Positions 1 through 11,969 of a stretch of 64,000 nucleotides of DNA are shown piece after piece. Under the pieces are notes generated by a model. The model was not told the DNA's origin. It ran no database searches and worked only from the letters and a program-made list of their open reading frames with translations. Positions within the stretch are counted from its first letter, which is position 1, and every line of letters starts with the position of its first letter. This stretch comes from Perna viridis (taxonomy: Eukaryota): contig CM074513.1 of assembly GCA_037379345.1 (NCBI GenBank), forward strand, positions 57,019,195-57,083,194, in the 5' to 3' direction. Position numbers and translations under genes: made by a program.

Positions 1-443
1 CCTTGTACCTTTGTATAATGTTGTTTTTGGGTCAACTGCAGCCTGCCCTAAGGTGTGAGGGTTATTCATGGAAGACCCATGGTTGGCCTTCTTCCCGATG
101 GGATTGTTATCTCTTTGGCATATTCACCATATCCATTCTCATTAAAATATTTAATAGAAATGTAAAGTTTTTGACAATTGACAATTTGCAATGAATCCTA
201 GGGGAAAGTTGGACCTACATAGATTTTGGTATTTTTAGCATATATGTACTATGCCTTTGAATGCAGGCATGAATTGACATTACTTAGAACAATTAAAAAA
301 ATTAAAATTCTGGTAGTATAAGGTATCACAAACACTGAAAATTAATTATGTCTGTCTTTTTAGACTTTTCATAATGTAATAAAAAAAAACTATACATATC
401 TAACCTTTCAGTAAACACTATTCTTATGCCTTTATCTTAGTAG

Positions 444-2339
444 GTTCAAAGTGGAGAAATCAGATCTGGTAAGAACACACCTGAAATCAAAGGAAAACTA
501 ATTGAAAATGGGTAAGATGATTAAAACCAAGTACAGTTGTAGCTTATTTCCAATGGTCGTAATTATATACATTGTTGTAATTAGATTTAGTTGATAAAAG
601 GTATTTATGTTTTTTTTAATTTTGAAAAGACCTCATTCTGTAAACTATGAAACGTTACCCTTTAATTTTCTTTTATTCTGCTTAATGTTCTTTGTGTAAC
701 AGGCTGATTTTGGACAGCTTTTTTTTTTTTGTTTTTTTACAATGTCAGACAATGGGGTTCTATGACGTTTCGTTCTTTGCATTCTGGTGATGTTCAATGT
801 GCATCAGACATCCCCTACGTTTAATATGGAGATGATCAAAAAGAAATGCATTTTATCTTAGGGTCCTATGATTTTCAGTCAAATTAAGGCTCTGGGCTCA
901 AGTCATCGGCGGAAATGCTATATTTTAGTTAGACTGCTAAGAATATTTAGGTGAAAACATTGTACGGTATTACAGTCATCTGTCTGAAAAAATACATCTC
1001 CAGGCATGGGTCCACGGACATATGCGGCCCATTACATGTAGGTTTGCTGCAGTTTGTTAATTAAACTCGTTTTAATGATGGTACACAACACATGCAAACA
1101 GACAAATCATACAGCACAGTTTGAATTATTAAGACACACTACATATAAATTATAAACTTGTAACCGAAACTGCCATCCAATTGCTTTTTATATGTATTGC
1201 AGGTAAGATATGGAAACAATTGCTCTTTAGTAACTTACTGGTCTTCAATATAGCTTGGGAAGGGAAAGGGAGATGACATGATATACCTTAAAAGACATCA
1301 TTGGATATTTCAAACCACACAAAAACATCCAACACATTTTTATTTCAATATTAATCTACTAGGAATGAACACCTTTTGGTACCAACATGAGTAGAGCTCT
1401 GCACATTTGTGTGACTGTAGTGATTGCATGCAAAAGGTCTTAATACATGAATCTATGCTAGTATCTTTTGTTTGTGAGCCAGAACAGCCCTTACCACTAG
1501 AAGGTGGAAATGGGATTTTGAAGCAGGTTATTATTTTTTAATGATCAATACTTTTTGTTGTAAAATATCCAAAATACCCTCTTTTTGGAAGTTGCATAAA
1601 ACGTACATGTCACCAAAAATTATACAAACCGAAAAAAAATACAGGCAAATGAAAAAATAAGGTGTGAAATTTTTATAAGTTTATTCATTCTATCTTCTAT
1701 ATCAATTTGATAGAAATATTTCAGTGATAGTGTAAAAATAATAATTGAAGCGTGAGTATACAGGAAGAAAAAAACTTTTAGTGAGAAGGATCAATTTGAA
1801 ATCCTTGAAACACTTAGGTTGACGACCTGATTCTGTGGTTGATGTCACTGTTAAAATCTTTCTTGTGTACATTTCTGAAAAAACAGACTTGGCAGTTAAC
1901 GAAAAATTTCGTGAAAACACTGGTACACTGAAAGGGTGAACAATTGCATTATCATCCCTGTCACACTTTCAAGCTATACATATCTTCAATCAGCTGAAAA
2001 ATTGGAAATCTTCATATAATGTGCTTGTTTATATGCTATATGTTTATATGACAATAATTGCCTTTTGCATTTCCAATATATTCTAATTTGCTTGTAAAAG
2101 TTTTTGGTGTTGAAAAAGCACAGTACCAAACCAAATCCTTAGCAGCTTCCTTCACAGGCAAGCTACATTACTTGACATCCATTATTGATCTGTATACGAT
2201 CATTTCTCTTGCTTGACAGTGTGACAGGGGTGTTTATTATGATTGTATTAGTAAAATAGCTGTTTTGATTTACAGCTGAGGAAAATGTGAAGAAGAAGAG
2301 AATGTCTAGTGGGACATCAGCTTTGGATTCCAAACAAAT
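444..2339 (+). CDS. Probable upstream small exons of the Schlafen-like gene (444-511, 1483-1526, 2276-2339); start codon not found, probably upstream of the window
   Basis: AG/GT boundaries with phases that chain in frame (2,1,2) into exon 3941: VQSGEIRS...ENG / TALTTRRWKWDFEA / AEENVKKKRMSSGTSALDSKQI. 2276-2339 is best supported. Confidence 0.5.
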
Positions 2340-3940
2340 GTATGTGTTATAAATTGAGAAAAAATGTAAAAAGAATCTGAACTCATTGTAATATATAGAT
2401 ATGTCTGCAATTAAAGTACATCTGAGGGATAATTAAGCTTTAATTAGAATTTTGAGTACTTTGAAGAAAACCAATTTGCAAAAATATTCACATACAAGTC
2501 ATACACAGCCTGTTTTTATAAGATAATTAAAAAAATGTTGTTGTATAATGGTATGGCTCTGTAGTTGTCGTCAGTGTCGACTTCTTGTAGACACTTTGCT
2601 TTCTTGCAATACATTGAATATTAGTTTATAAAATTTTATAACAAGGTTTCAAACCACAATAGGAAAGTTGGTATTGACATTGGGGGTTATGGCTCCAACC
2701 ATTTTACAATTAGGGAACTAAAAGCTTGGGAATGCCTTTAATGTTTTCCCACAATATTCTATACCCCAATGGTCTGACTGGTATTGATTTTTGGGGTTAA
2801 GACATTTTAAAAGTTACAGGCCAAGAAGGGGCTACTAAGAAACATGAATTTTCCTAATGTCCAGACAATAACATGACTATTTGTGTATGGATCACTTTGA
2901 AATTCTATAACAAGATGCCATACAACCAAAGGAAAGCAAGGATTGATTTTGGGAGTAAAGACTTTTCATGGAATAAGGGGCCTGAAAGAAGCATTTTCCC
3001 TATGTTTTTGATCTCATATAAATTTTACTACAAGGTTCCATACCACCAAAAGATGACTTGGATTGATTGTTAGGGTTGTGACTTGAGCCAATAAGAGTAA
3101 CAAAAAAATTAGCAAACATTAATTGGATCCATAATGAAGTCAAGTCCAAAATAAATCTGACAAAACAGATATACAATGTAACATCACCAGAGTAGCTGGT
3201 TCTGCAATGGTCCTGACCTGGTACAGACATTTTAAAGGAAATGGTGGGTTAAATCTATGTTTTAAAGTGCGCCAAACCTCCCTTTCCCATTAAACAGCAT
3301 TTGCTGGCTATAAATTGGTAATTCAGTGGTCATATCAGTACAAAGAGTGATTTACAAAAACCAAGTAAGAATAATGGGCCACAAAATGACCAGAAACAGT
3401 TTTTTTTTTTTTAAATTTCTTTATAATAATTTGAGTTAAAGGGAAAGAATTGCTTTGAATTGTACCACAAGTGCCATACGCCCAAAGGAAGATTTGATTG
3501 TTTTTGGAGGTTTTTGACTTCAACCGTTTAGGAATAAGGGGTCAAAAAGTGACCGCTTCAATTCTGATCAAATTCTTATTCTGTTTCTCATATCTAATCA
3601 AAATCAATATTCAAAACTGTAGTGAGTTTGAATGGTGTGTCCACACTTGCCCCAACTGTTCAGGGTTTGACATCTGCTTTCCTATTAAGCTGCATCCTGT
3701 GAAGCATTTTTTTTCAAGTATAAAATATGGAGTTCAATCTAATATCTGAAATCTAGTCATTTTAAGGCTGAATTTAAATTTGCAATTTAGCTACATTACA
3801 ATTAAAGCAATAAATTATAACAGTAGATTCTGCATTGTCTTTACACCTCATGATGATAAGAATTCCCTCTAGAAATTAAAATTAGATATTATATATGCTG
3901 CAAACAAATCTAGGGGCTAAACATTATTTGCATTTTTTAG

Positions 3941-6900
3941 AACACATGACCTTCATAGATATGGGGACACTATACTGGATTGTACAGTATATATCATGCA
4001 AGGTATTCGAGAGTTTGGTAATGAAGTGGTACTCAAGTATGTCTGTGCCTTACTCAACTCTGGTGGTGGTATTCTCAGGATGAGGAATGTAGACTCAGTT
4101 CAAATAGGTATTCAACCAAAACATTTAGATACATGGTGGAGTGGCATGGAGATCAAGTTTGCGGTGCTTCTGTCATGTGATGATATTTGTAACTATTTTG
4201 ACATGGTGGGTAACTATTGTGACCCAGATTTGTATCTGTTTGTAAAAACTGCTGAACATCTGTGTACTTTAGACTATCATTGTCGCCTGCCAACAGATAC
4301 AGCTACACATGAAGTTTCTTACCAGTCTGTCATGAAATTGCTCCAACATAAAGGAGAACCATGTACAGTAAGTCATCTTCCTGAAATACCTGACAGTTTC
4401 CAGTATGGACACACGGATGACAAAATTAAGCAAGAAACCAAACAAATACAGTTCAAATATTTATCAGAGGGAAATTCTGGGAAAGGCATTCCAGAAAAAA
4501 TCAAACAGTTGTCATCAAAATATATTTCTGCCTTTGCCAACCATGAGGGTGGACATATTTTTTTTGGTATTGATGACTATAGAGCATCTGCTAAGGGTGA
4601 ATTATTGTCGATGGATGACCAAGAAAAGACAGGTAATGCATGTATGTTTGTTAGACAAATGACTTAGAATTTATTTTAAACAAGAGAAGTAATAAATGAA
4701 AAGGAAACAGAAGTAATACTAATACAATACTAATATACATGTACATTAATTGTAGAATATTCTAAAACAATAATAATGTACAATTTTACATGAATATATT
4801 GATATGATCAATGATTTTTCTTACATTTCATAAGGATTAAGGTAACCTGAATAATTAAGGATGTTAGCTGGTAATGTTCAGACATTTCTGTCAGATTTAC
4901 GGACTCCTTTGATTTTATCCATGTCATAGGATCAATATTTTTTGCCTAGCAATGCCCACTTTTCTTTTCATAATTTCATTTAACACACCTTAAAATGTTA
5001 TTTAGGAAACTTAAATGATATCCTTGTTATTTCTTCAGTGTTTTTAATAGATAAAACCTACTAAGACAAAACCAATGGAAAATCTAGGGAAATCCTTTTC
5101 CTGCCAAAAATTTAAATGCTGGTGACCGAAGCTTACATCTCATAACACAAATACTATGACCCATCTATTTTGTTCTATCATAAAAGATCTTAAAAAATTT
5201 CACAACCCTTGTTATACTTAGACCTGCTATCATCCTTAACATGCAACAAACTGCAATAAAGTTTTGGGGTCATCAGTTATGAAAAAAATAATTTAGAATT
5301 GATCACAAAGATAAAGGTTTTTTTTATATCAAGTTATAAAAAACAAGGATTTTATTAAAAAAAAAAATGGACAAAATAAGTCTTTAACTGAAACATTGTT
5401 GAAATTAAATTGCTTATTTATTATGTCTAAATACAAATTTTAAAATTCTTTAAGCACCAACCTTTTATATCTGACAATTATGGTGTGACAGTGTCAAATA
5501 CTAAATCACAATCAAAACTCATCCTTGTTTAAAGCTAGAACTATTCATCCTCTGTAGTTGTATTCAGCTGCATCCCTGCGAAACATTTTATTTCACACGT
5601 CATGCAGTATCTTAAAAATTCCTTTGTATTTTTAACAAAAATGTTTTTATTTGTTCACAAGTTAAAGCTGTTATTTGATTTTCTCCTGGTTGGAGAAAGG
5701 CATATCAGGTGCTCACAGTGTAGTTGTTTATTCACAAAATTACATCCTGAATTCCTGACAAACTGCACAGGTCCATATAATGATCTAACAATGTATGTAT
5801 ATTTTATGAGTATCCAGTATGTAATAAAGGAATGCAGACAAGGTTCTGTCAGACAAGACAGATTGGCTGAAATTTGTATACACCTAAGTATGTTCAAATT
5901 GGGTATACCTAAGTTATGACACTTTTGACATATTGAAACTATACTTTCATGTAAAAGCTTAAATATCAAATGATTAAATGTGATTTTCTCTGTGTTGGTG
6001 AAAGGCTATGTATATGCTAGTTCATGTATCTCCAGATCGGCTCATTTTTCCCAATGTGATCTTAGTCGATACTTAGTGATAGACCCTCAGACTGCTATTA
6101 GACATTGTATTTTTTCACACAGTTCGGTTGATTAGCCAGAGAATGGAAAAAGTCATATGGAAGGAAGAAAATTTTGAAGCAGAGAGAGGAAAACATTGGG
6201 ATGTTTGTTTTAAACCAGTCATTAGTTCGCCAAAGAAAAAGGTAATCTGATTTATTTAATCTAAGTTAAAGTTACCTGGCTCAACATCAAACTACAAAAT
6301 TATTCCTAGGAGTATAGCAGTTATCAAAAAGCTATTGTCTAAAATAATTTTATGTTGAATTTGAACTTAGAATTAACTGTTTTAAGAAATCCATACTTCA
6401 ATATCTGCTCTAAAGAAATCCTGGATTTTTGAGGTACTGCATGGAAAATGTTTTAGATATTCATAAACAAAATAGTATTAAAAATTTATGAAATTGGAAG
6501 CGTAGATACTTTTATCGTCTTTGGTGTCACAAACATGTTACCATATACTTTAAAGTATTGTGAACTAATTGTAGGCAAGAAGAGTAATAGTTGTAGTATC
6601 GGTATGCAAGTTCCCTGGTGGTATTTTTACCTCCACGCCAGAGAGTTACTATGTAGATGAACAAGGCAACCTAGCTACTTGGGAGTTCTCAGAATGGAAA
6701 TTGTCAATGTTAAATCCATTGAGAGGTAGAATATCTTTACAATGCTTAATGATGAATTAAACCCTTGACATTGTTGAATGCTTTGATTATCTCCCTTTTG
6801 AAAATCAAAGACTTGTGAATAAAAATGTTAACTTGCTATCAAATTCAACAGTTAATACGAATCATTTCCATGCTTTGAAAAGAAAAGTTTTGTTAAAGTT

Positions 6901-9611
6901 ACTACTCAGTCTTCTAAAGAATGAAACAAAACTATAATAATTATTTATTCTTTTGTAGATTACAGCCAAGACATGTTTAGATAACTTGCTTTGCATTAAG
7001 CATTGCTCTTATCCTTTTTTAATTCTTCCCTTTTCCATTTTATGAAACTTGCATATATAATTAAGGGCATTTGATATTTATGAGTTGATGTTTTTTCAGA
7101 TAAACCAGAGCTTCACAACCGGTTTGTTAAACTTCCTGTCTGTGTACCACAGTCACCTCTGATATTTACACTAAAACATTCATTAGAGCGCATAGAGAAA
7201 CGGCTTTTGACAGGTATGTGACATCACCAGTAATATTTCTTTCTTGGTGCTATAGATTCACTTATTATGATAAAATATTATATTGAATCAAAAGGATAGA
7301 AACTGCAATACAATGTGTGAGAGGGCATGAATATTAAGAAAATTCAAAGGAAAAAATGAACACAGTTGAAAAGCACGTACAAGTATCTGGTTGCCTATCA
7401 GTATTGTAATATTTCTAATGTATGTTGCAGATGTTGATAAAAAACTGATTCTACCCTCACATTACCTCGAAGGTATCAAAGATCTCAAGGTCAAAGAGTT
7501 TATAAGAACAACACTTGAGATTTTCAATGTTGATAGACATATCCTAATTGTGATAAACTCCTGGGGACTACAAGTCACTGCAATACAACCTCATAATGTA
7601 ATATGTGATGTTCTAGTGCTGACAGAAAACCAAGGCTGCCATCTTGTGACAATATCTTATACTGAGAATGATAGAACACTGCTGCACTCTAGATACGTGG
7701 CAGCGTTTATCAAGGAGAAACTAGTCTGTCATGGAGGATGTATAGAAAAGTTTGGTATACTCTGTCATGTAGCAGCAATCGATAAGTACTCAAATGAAAT
7801 AGATACAAGTTTGTCTGATTGCTTCTATCCTTCTCATTTTTATACCAATCCAGTGAAGTTTGAAAGTTTGTTGAAATCTCTGATTATCACAATGGCAGCA
7901 TATGAACCAATAGACTTTTCCACATTAAATTCAGCCAAATCAATTAGAGAAGTACTAGCTACTGACAAATATTTCTTCCTTTTGACCTGTGATCAGTTTG
8001 ATATGATAATGAAGCTGCAGTTTACTAAGGAATTGTGGGTTCATGGACCTCCAGGTTCTGGCAAGACAGTTGCTGCTGTGCAGTTTATTAATGAATTGAG
8101 AAGACGAGGCTGTAGAAAGAATGAAGTGTTGTATCTGGCAGAGAATGAACTCTTGTGTTCTTATGTCAGGTAGGATTATCTTTTATAATGGCGCAAAATG
8201 TATTTTTGGTCATATGATATCTCTCATGCATGACAAGGTATTCAAAAATATCTGTTTTATCATTGGGATTGATTGAGGCATCATCCTCTTTTGAATTTAT
8301 CAAAATGAAATCAGGCACCAACAATGTGTAGTCAAACTTTTTGAGTGATAAAGTAGTCTAAAAACTAAATGTACTTGCGATGATGTGAACAAGATCAAAG
8401 GAAAAAAGTGCAGATTACCAATAAATCCTTTTCTCCTTCAATACTAATTGTGGTCATAATTGTAATTAATTGTGATTATGATTTTAAGTAAAAATGAAGT
8501 CAGGAAAAAAATGCAATGAAAAAAAAATCCAGAATAAAAGTAAAATAACTGCTTTCTGTTGGAGGGAAGTGAAATTAAGGTCTATAATTATGTTATTCTA
8601 ACTTAATTTACTGTTTGTTGACTTTATACCTGAGTTGCTTCTGTCCATAGATTATGTGTAGATATAGGTTATCCTTCGGTGATTCTGTCCATAGATTATG
8701 TGTAGATATAGGTTATCCTTCGGTGATTCTGTCCATAGATTATGTGTAGATATAGGTTATCCTTCGGTGATTACAGGTCATTTAACTTGTGCCTAGTAAC
8801 AACAAGGAGAAAGATTCTTCAACTCCACTTTGATATCAGTAACTTTGAGGAAACCTTTGGTAATGTTAGGAATGTTATTGTTGATGAAGCTCAGAATTTT
8901 AAGGACCGAGACGGAGATTGGTATGGATTGGCAGAGTATCTAGTGTCCAGACACCAGGACCATCATGACATGGAAAACTGTTCTGGATTTTTTTGGGTCT
9001 TCATGGACTATTCTCAAAAAGTACACAAGTTTAAGGCAGGACTGCCATCAGTTATTGGCAAAAACAATTACATGTTGAGTGAGGTAGCAAGAAACTCTAA
9101 AGAAATATTTGACTTTGCAAAGCAGTTCATGAATCACGTTGACTCTGTCACCTACAGTGATGAGCAGACAAAAGCTCAATTAAAACAAGTAGAAAGCAAT
9201 CCTCAACTTGCTCATGAATATTCATCAGGACATGATGTTGAAATACTGAAATGTAAAAAGGAAAACATTGAGAAGACAATTTCTGAAGTACTCAGCCAGA
9301 TGTTAGCTAGTGGTATCAGTATTAATGATGTTGCAATCTTGGTGGGAAAACGTAAGGACAAACCAGAAATTGAAAATGTCATGCAAGATATCAAAAAAGG
9401 AACTGAATTAAAAGACAATGTGTTTGTGGACACTGTTCATAGATTCAGTGGGCTGGACAGACAAGCTGTGATTGGTGTGAACCCATGGGTAAATAGTGAG
9501 CATGCTAGCCTACAGAAATTCCTCCTCAGTCTAGCCACCAGGGCAAAAGATAACTTAGTTATTATAACCACAAGTGATGACGTCAGAATCACAGAGCCTA
9601 AGAAAGACTAA
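3941..9611 (+). CDS. Schlafen-like protein (SLFN11/13-type: Schlafen RNase-fold domain + SW linker + SF1 helicase), multi-exon
   Basis: Phase-consistent GT-AG exons 3941-4632, 6123-6241, 6575-6725, 7100-7213, 7431-8169, 8777-9611(TAA). Motifs: YVCALLNSGGGIL, ETKQIQFK, YISAFANHEGGHIFFGIDD, INSWGLQV (SWAVDL-like), Walker A GPPGSGKT, Walker B IVDEAQNF, DTVHRFSGLDR, LATRAK. Confidence 0.9.
8639..8770. repeat. 44-bp unit x3 perfect tandem repeat abutting the last Schlafen acceptor
   Basis: ttctgtccatagattatgtgtagatataggttatccttcggtga at 8639, 8683, 8727; acceptor AG at 8775-8776. Confidence 0.95.
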
Positions 9612-10039
9612 GTACTGGTAACTTGTTTATGTCTTCCATAAATACTGTTGTTTGATTTAACATATCTTTTTTAGTTTTTGTTCATTCGTATTAGCATGTA
9701 ATCTCATAACAAAATATATTTTTGTCATATTGATTTCTACAATATACATGCTATTTTTTGTAGGCTTATATGAGCGAACTTAGGATGAAATTTTGCAGGC
9801 CTATATGGGTAAACGTATGATGTAGCTTTTTGTACTTCTTATTTGCTGAAAACATGAGGGTATCTCTAATGAACGGTTGCTCACAGATTTCTTGTTATTT
9901 CAGAATGATTTTTTTTACTTTAAATATAAAAAATAGTTGGAGAGCTATTATGCACTTAAAACAAGGTATTATTTGAATGTGGAACTATTTTGAAATTTAG
10001 AAAATGACAAAGAAAATAATTTGTAAAACTAACCCTTAC

Positions 10040-10160
10040 AGTTACTAAGGGGGTTAGTCATGCTGGCATGGGTAAGGGGTAAGTTTAATTTGATAACACA
10101 AGGCAAGGATAACTTACTAACCCCCTTAGTCATGAAGGTGTGACTAACCCCCGTAGTAAG
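10040..10160. repeat. Small inverted-repeat (MITE-like) element
   Basis: ttactaagggggttagtca is the near reverse complement of tgactaacccccgtagtaa; a third partial copy lies inside. Confidence 0.5.
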
Positions 10161-10813
10161 TTTTATAAATATTTTTTTACTTATTTTCTTAAATCCATTA
10201 TGATTCCAAATTCAATTAATTCCTTGCTTTTGGAATACTTTAGTTATTTAAATATTGCTTTTATCAATAGTCTAGCATCGGAAAAAAGGTTTTAAGACCC
10301 TGTGATTCCAATCTTTTTCCTTTGTTTTTTTTACAAATGTTGTGCGACTTTATATGAATTGCAATATTTTTATACTCTTCATTGCAATGTAGCTGTTAGA
10401 AAATTTTCTCTGTATGGCAGCTATAGCAAGGAATAAGGAACCATTAGAACTTCTCTTTTTTAATGTATTTGTATGCAATTTTCAAATTTTGAGATTCATT
10501 TGATTTTAAAAGTAATGTAAACTATGAATAGATATTACTAAGTACTGTAGTTCAGAAACTGGACAGCTTTAATTATTTCTAATTAAATGAATGACAATCA
10601 TCTCAATAAATACGCATTATTTAACAAGTTTGTGATTGAATAAATATCATTATTAGAATATGTTAGTAGATGCTTTCTTTTGAAAGATAAAAGGGAAGTA
10701 TGATTTTTGTTGGTTTTTTATGATTTTTTCACCTAAAATGCTTGCAGACGATAAACTGATGTTATCTAGGTAGCTTACAGATTAATTACTGGTATTTATT
10801 TAGTTCCACTCAG

Positions 10814-11175
10814 TTTTTAGCTCACCTGCCCGAAGGCCATGTGAGCTACTGCCATAACTTGGCATCCGTCGTCATTGTCGTTAACATTTTTTCTTAGCTC
10901 TTCTCCTGTAACACTATTTGACCAATTGGAACCAAACTTGGTTTGAATGTTCCTTGGGTATCTTGTGGGGATTTTTGATTCATTGAATAAAATGGCCACC
11001 GTTACTATAAATAGAACATAGGGATCAGACAGAAATTATTTGCATATATCTCCTTTAGGTTTAGCTAAATTCTGACATAAGTGAAAGTGTAAAAGTGTTC
11101 AACATGATGAGATCTATCTGCAGTTAAATTTTCATTTGAATCCCTTAAGCCATGTTGGAGTTATTGCCCTTTTTT
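10814..11175 (+). mobile_element. Truncated non-autonomous Helentron/HINE-like repeat
   Basis: Starts ttttagctcacctg...gtgagc...ggcatccgtcgtc; homologous in reverse orientation to 35340-35935 and 39540-40240. Confidence 0.6.
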
Positions 11176-11384
11176 CAACGTTTCATTGCTTTTTTTAATG
11201 TTATTTCTTTCAGGAATCTTCTAGTTCACTGTTGTAAGGTTAATTTAGTATCAGATGATTACTCATAGTTTGTTCAACTAGAAATTCTTGTCAGATTTGT
11301 TTAATTTCTTCAAAGTCAATAGTCTTTTCAATTTCATTGAATTACACTTTTCACTGTAAATGCAATAATTTTTTGAGGTTTCTA

Positions 11385-11969
11385 ATTAGGGCCCCACCTT
11401 AGGCGGGTTGCCCTATAGTGATCAGTTTGTCCGTCCATCCGTAACAAATTTGTGTGCGCTCTATATCTGGAGAACCGTTATGATTTCAGAGTTTATACTT
11501 GACATGTATATTAATCAACATCAGAGGGTGTGTCATAATGTATGTACAACTTCCTAGGTCAAAGGTCAAGGTCAAAAACTTTGGTTTCTGTTGACAACCC
11601 CTTGTCCTGTGGTAAAGATTGTGTCCACTCTATATCTTGAGAACCGTTATGATTTCAAAGTTTATACTTGACACGTATATTAACCAACAACAGAGGGTGT
11701 GTCATAATGTAAGTACAACTTCCTAGGTCAAAGGTCAAGGTCAAAAACTATGGTTTCAGTTGACAACCCCATATCCTGTGGTAAATATCGTGTCCGCTCT
11801 ATATCTTGAGAACCATTATGATTTCAAAGTTTATACTTGACATGTATATTAACCAACATCAGAGGGTGTGTCATAATAACTTCAAATAATGCTTCATATC
11901 AGCTTATTTAACACATGTTATTGACAGCGGAGCCCACAGAGATAGCTCCCATCTCAATGATATCTAGTC
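11385..11969 (+). mobile_element. HINE/Helentron-like non-autonomous element with internal 169-bp tandem repeat (~2.5 copies)
   Basis: 5' ttagggccccacc...gtccgtccatccgt microsatellite-like start; repeat units at 11452, 11621, 11790; 3' agcggagccc...tctagt end. Confidence 0.65.

Noticed and set aside
3-3749. Short ORFs in the first 3.7 kb and other AT-rich intronic ORFs
   Set aside because: Low-complexity, motif-free, mostly within degraded repeats.
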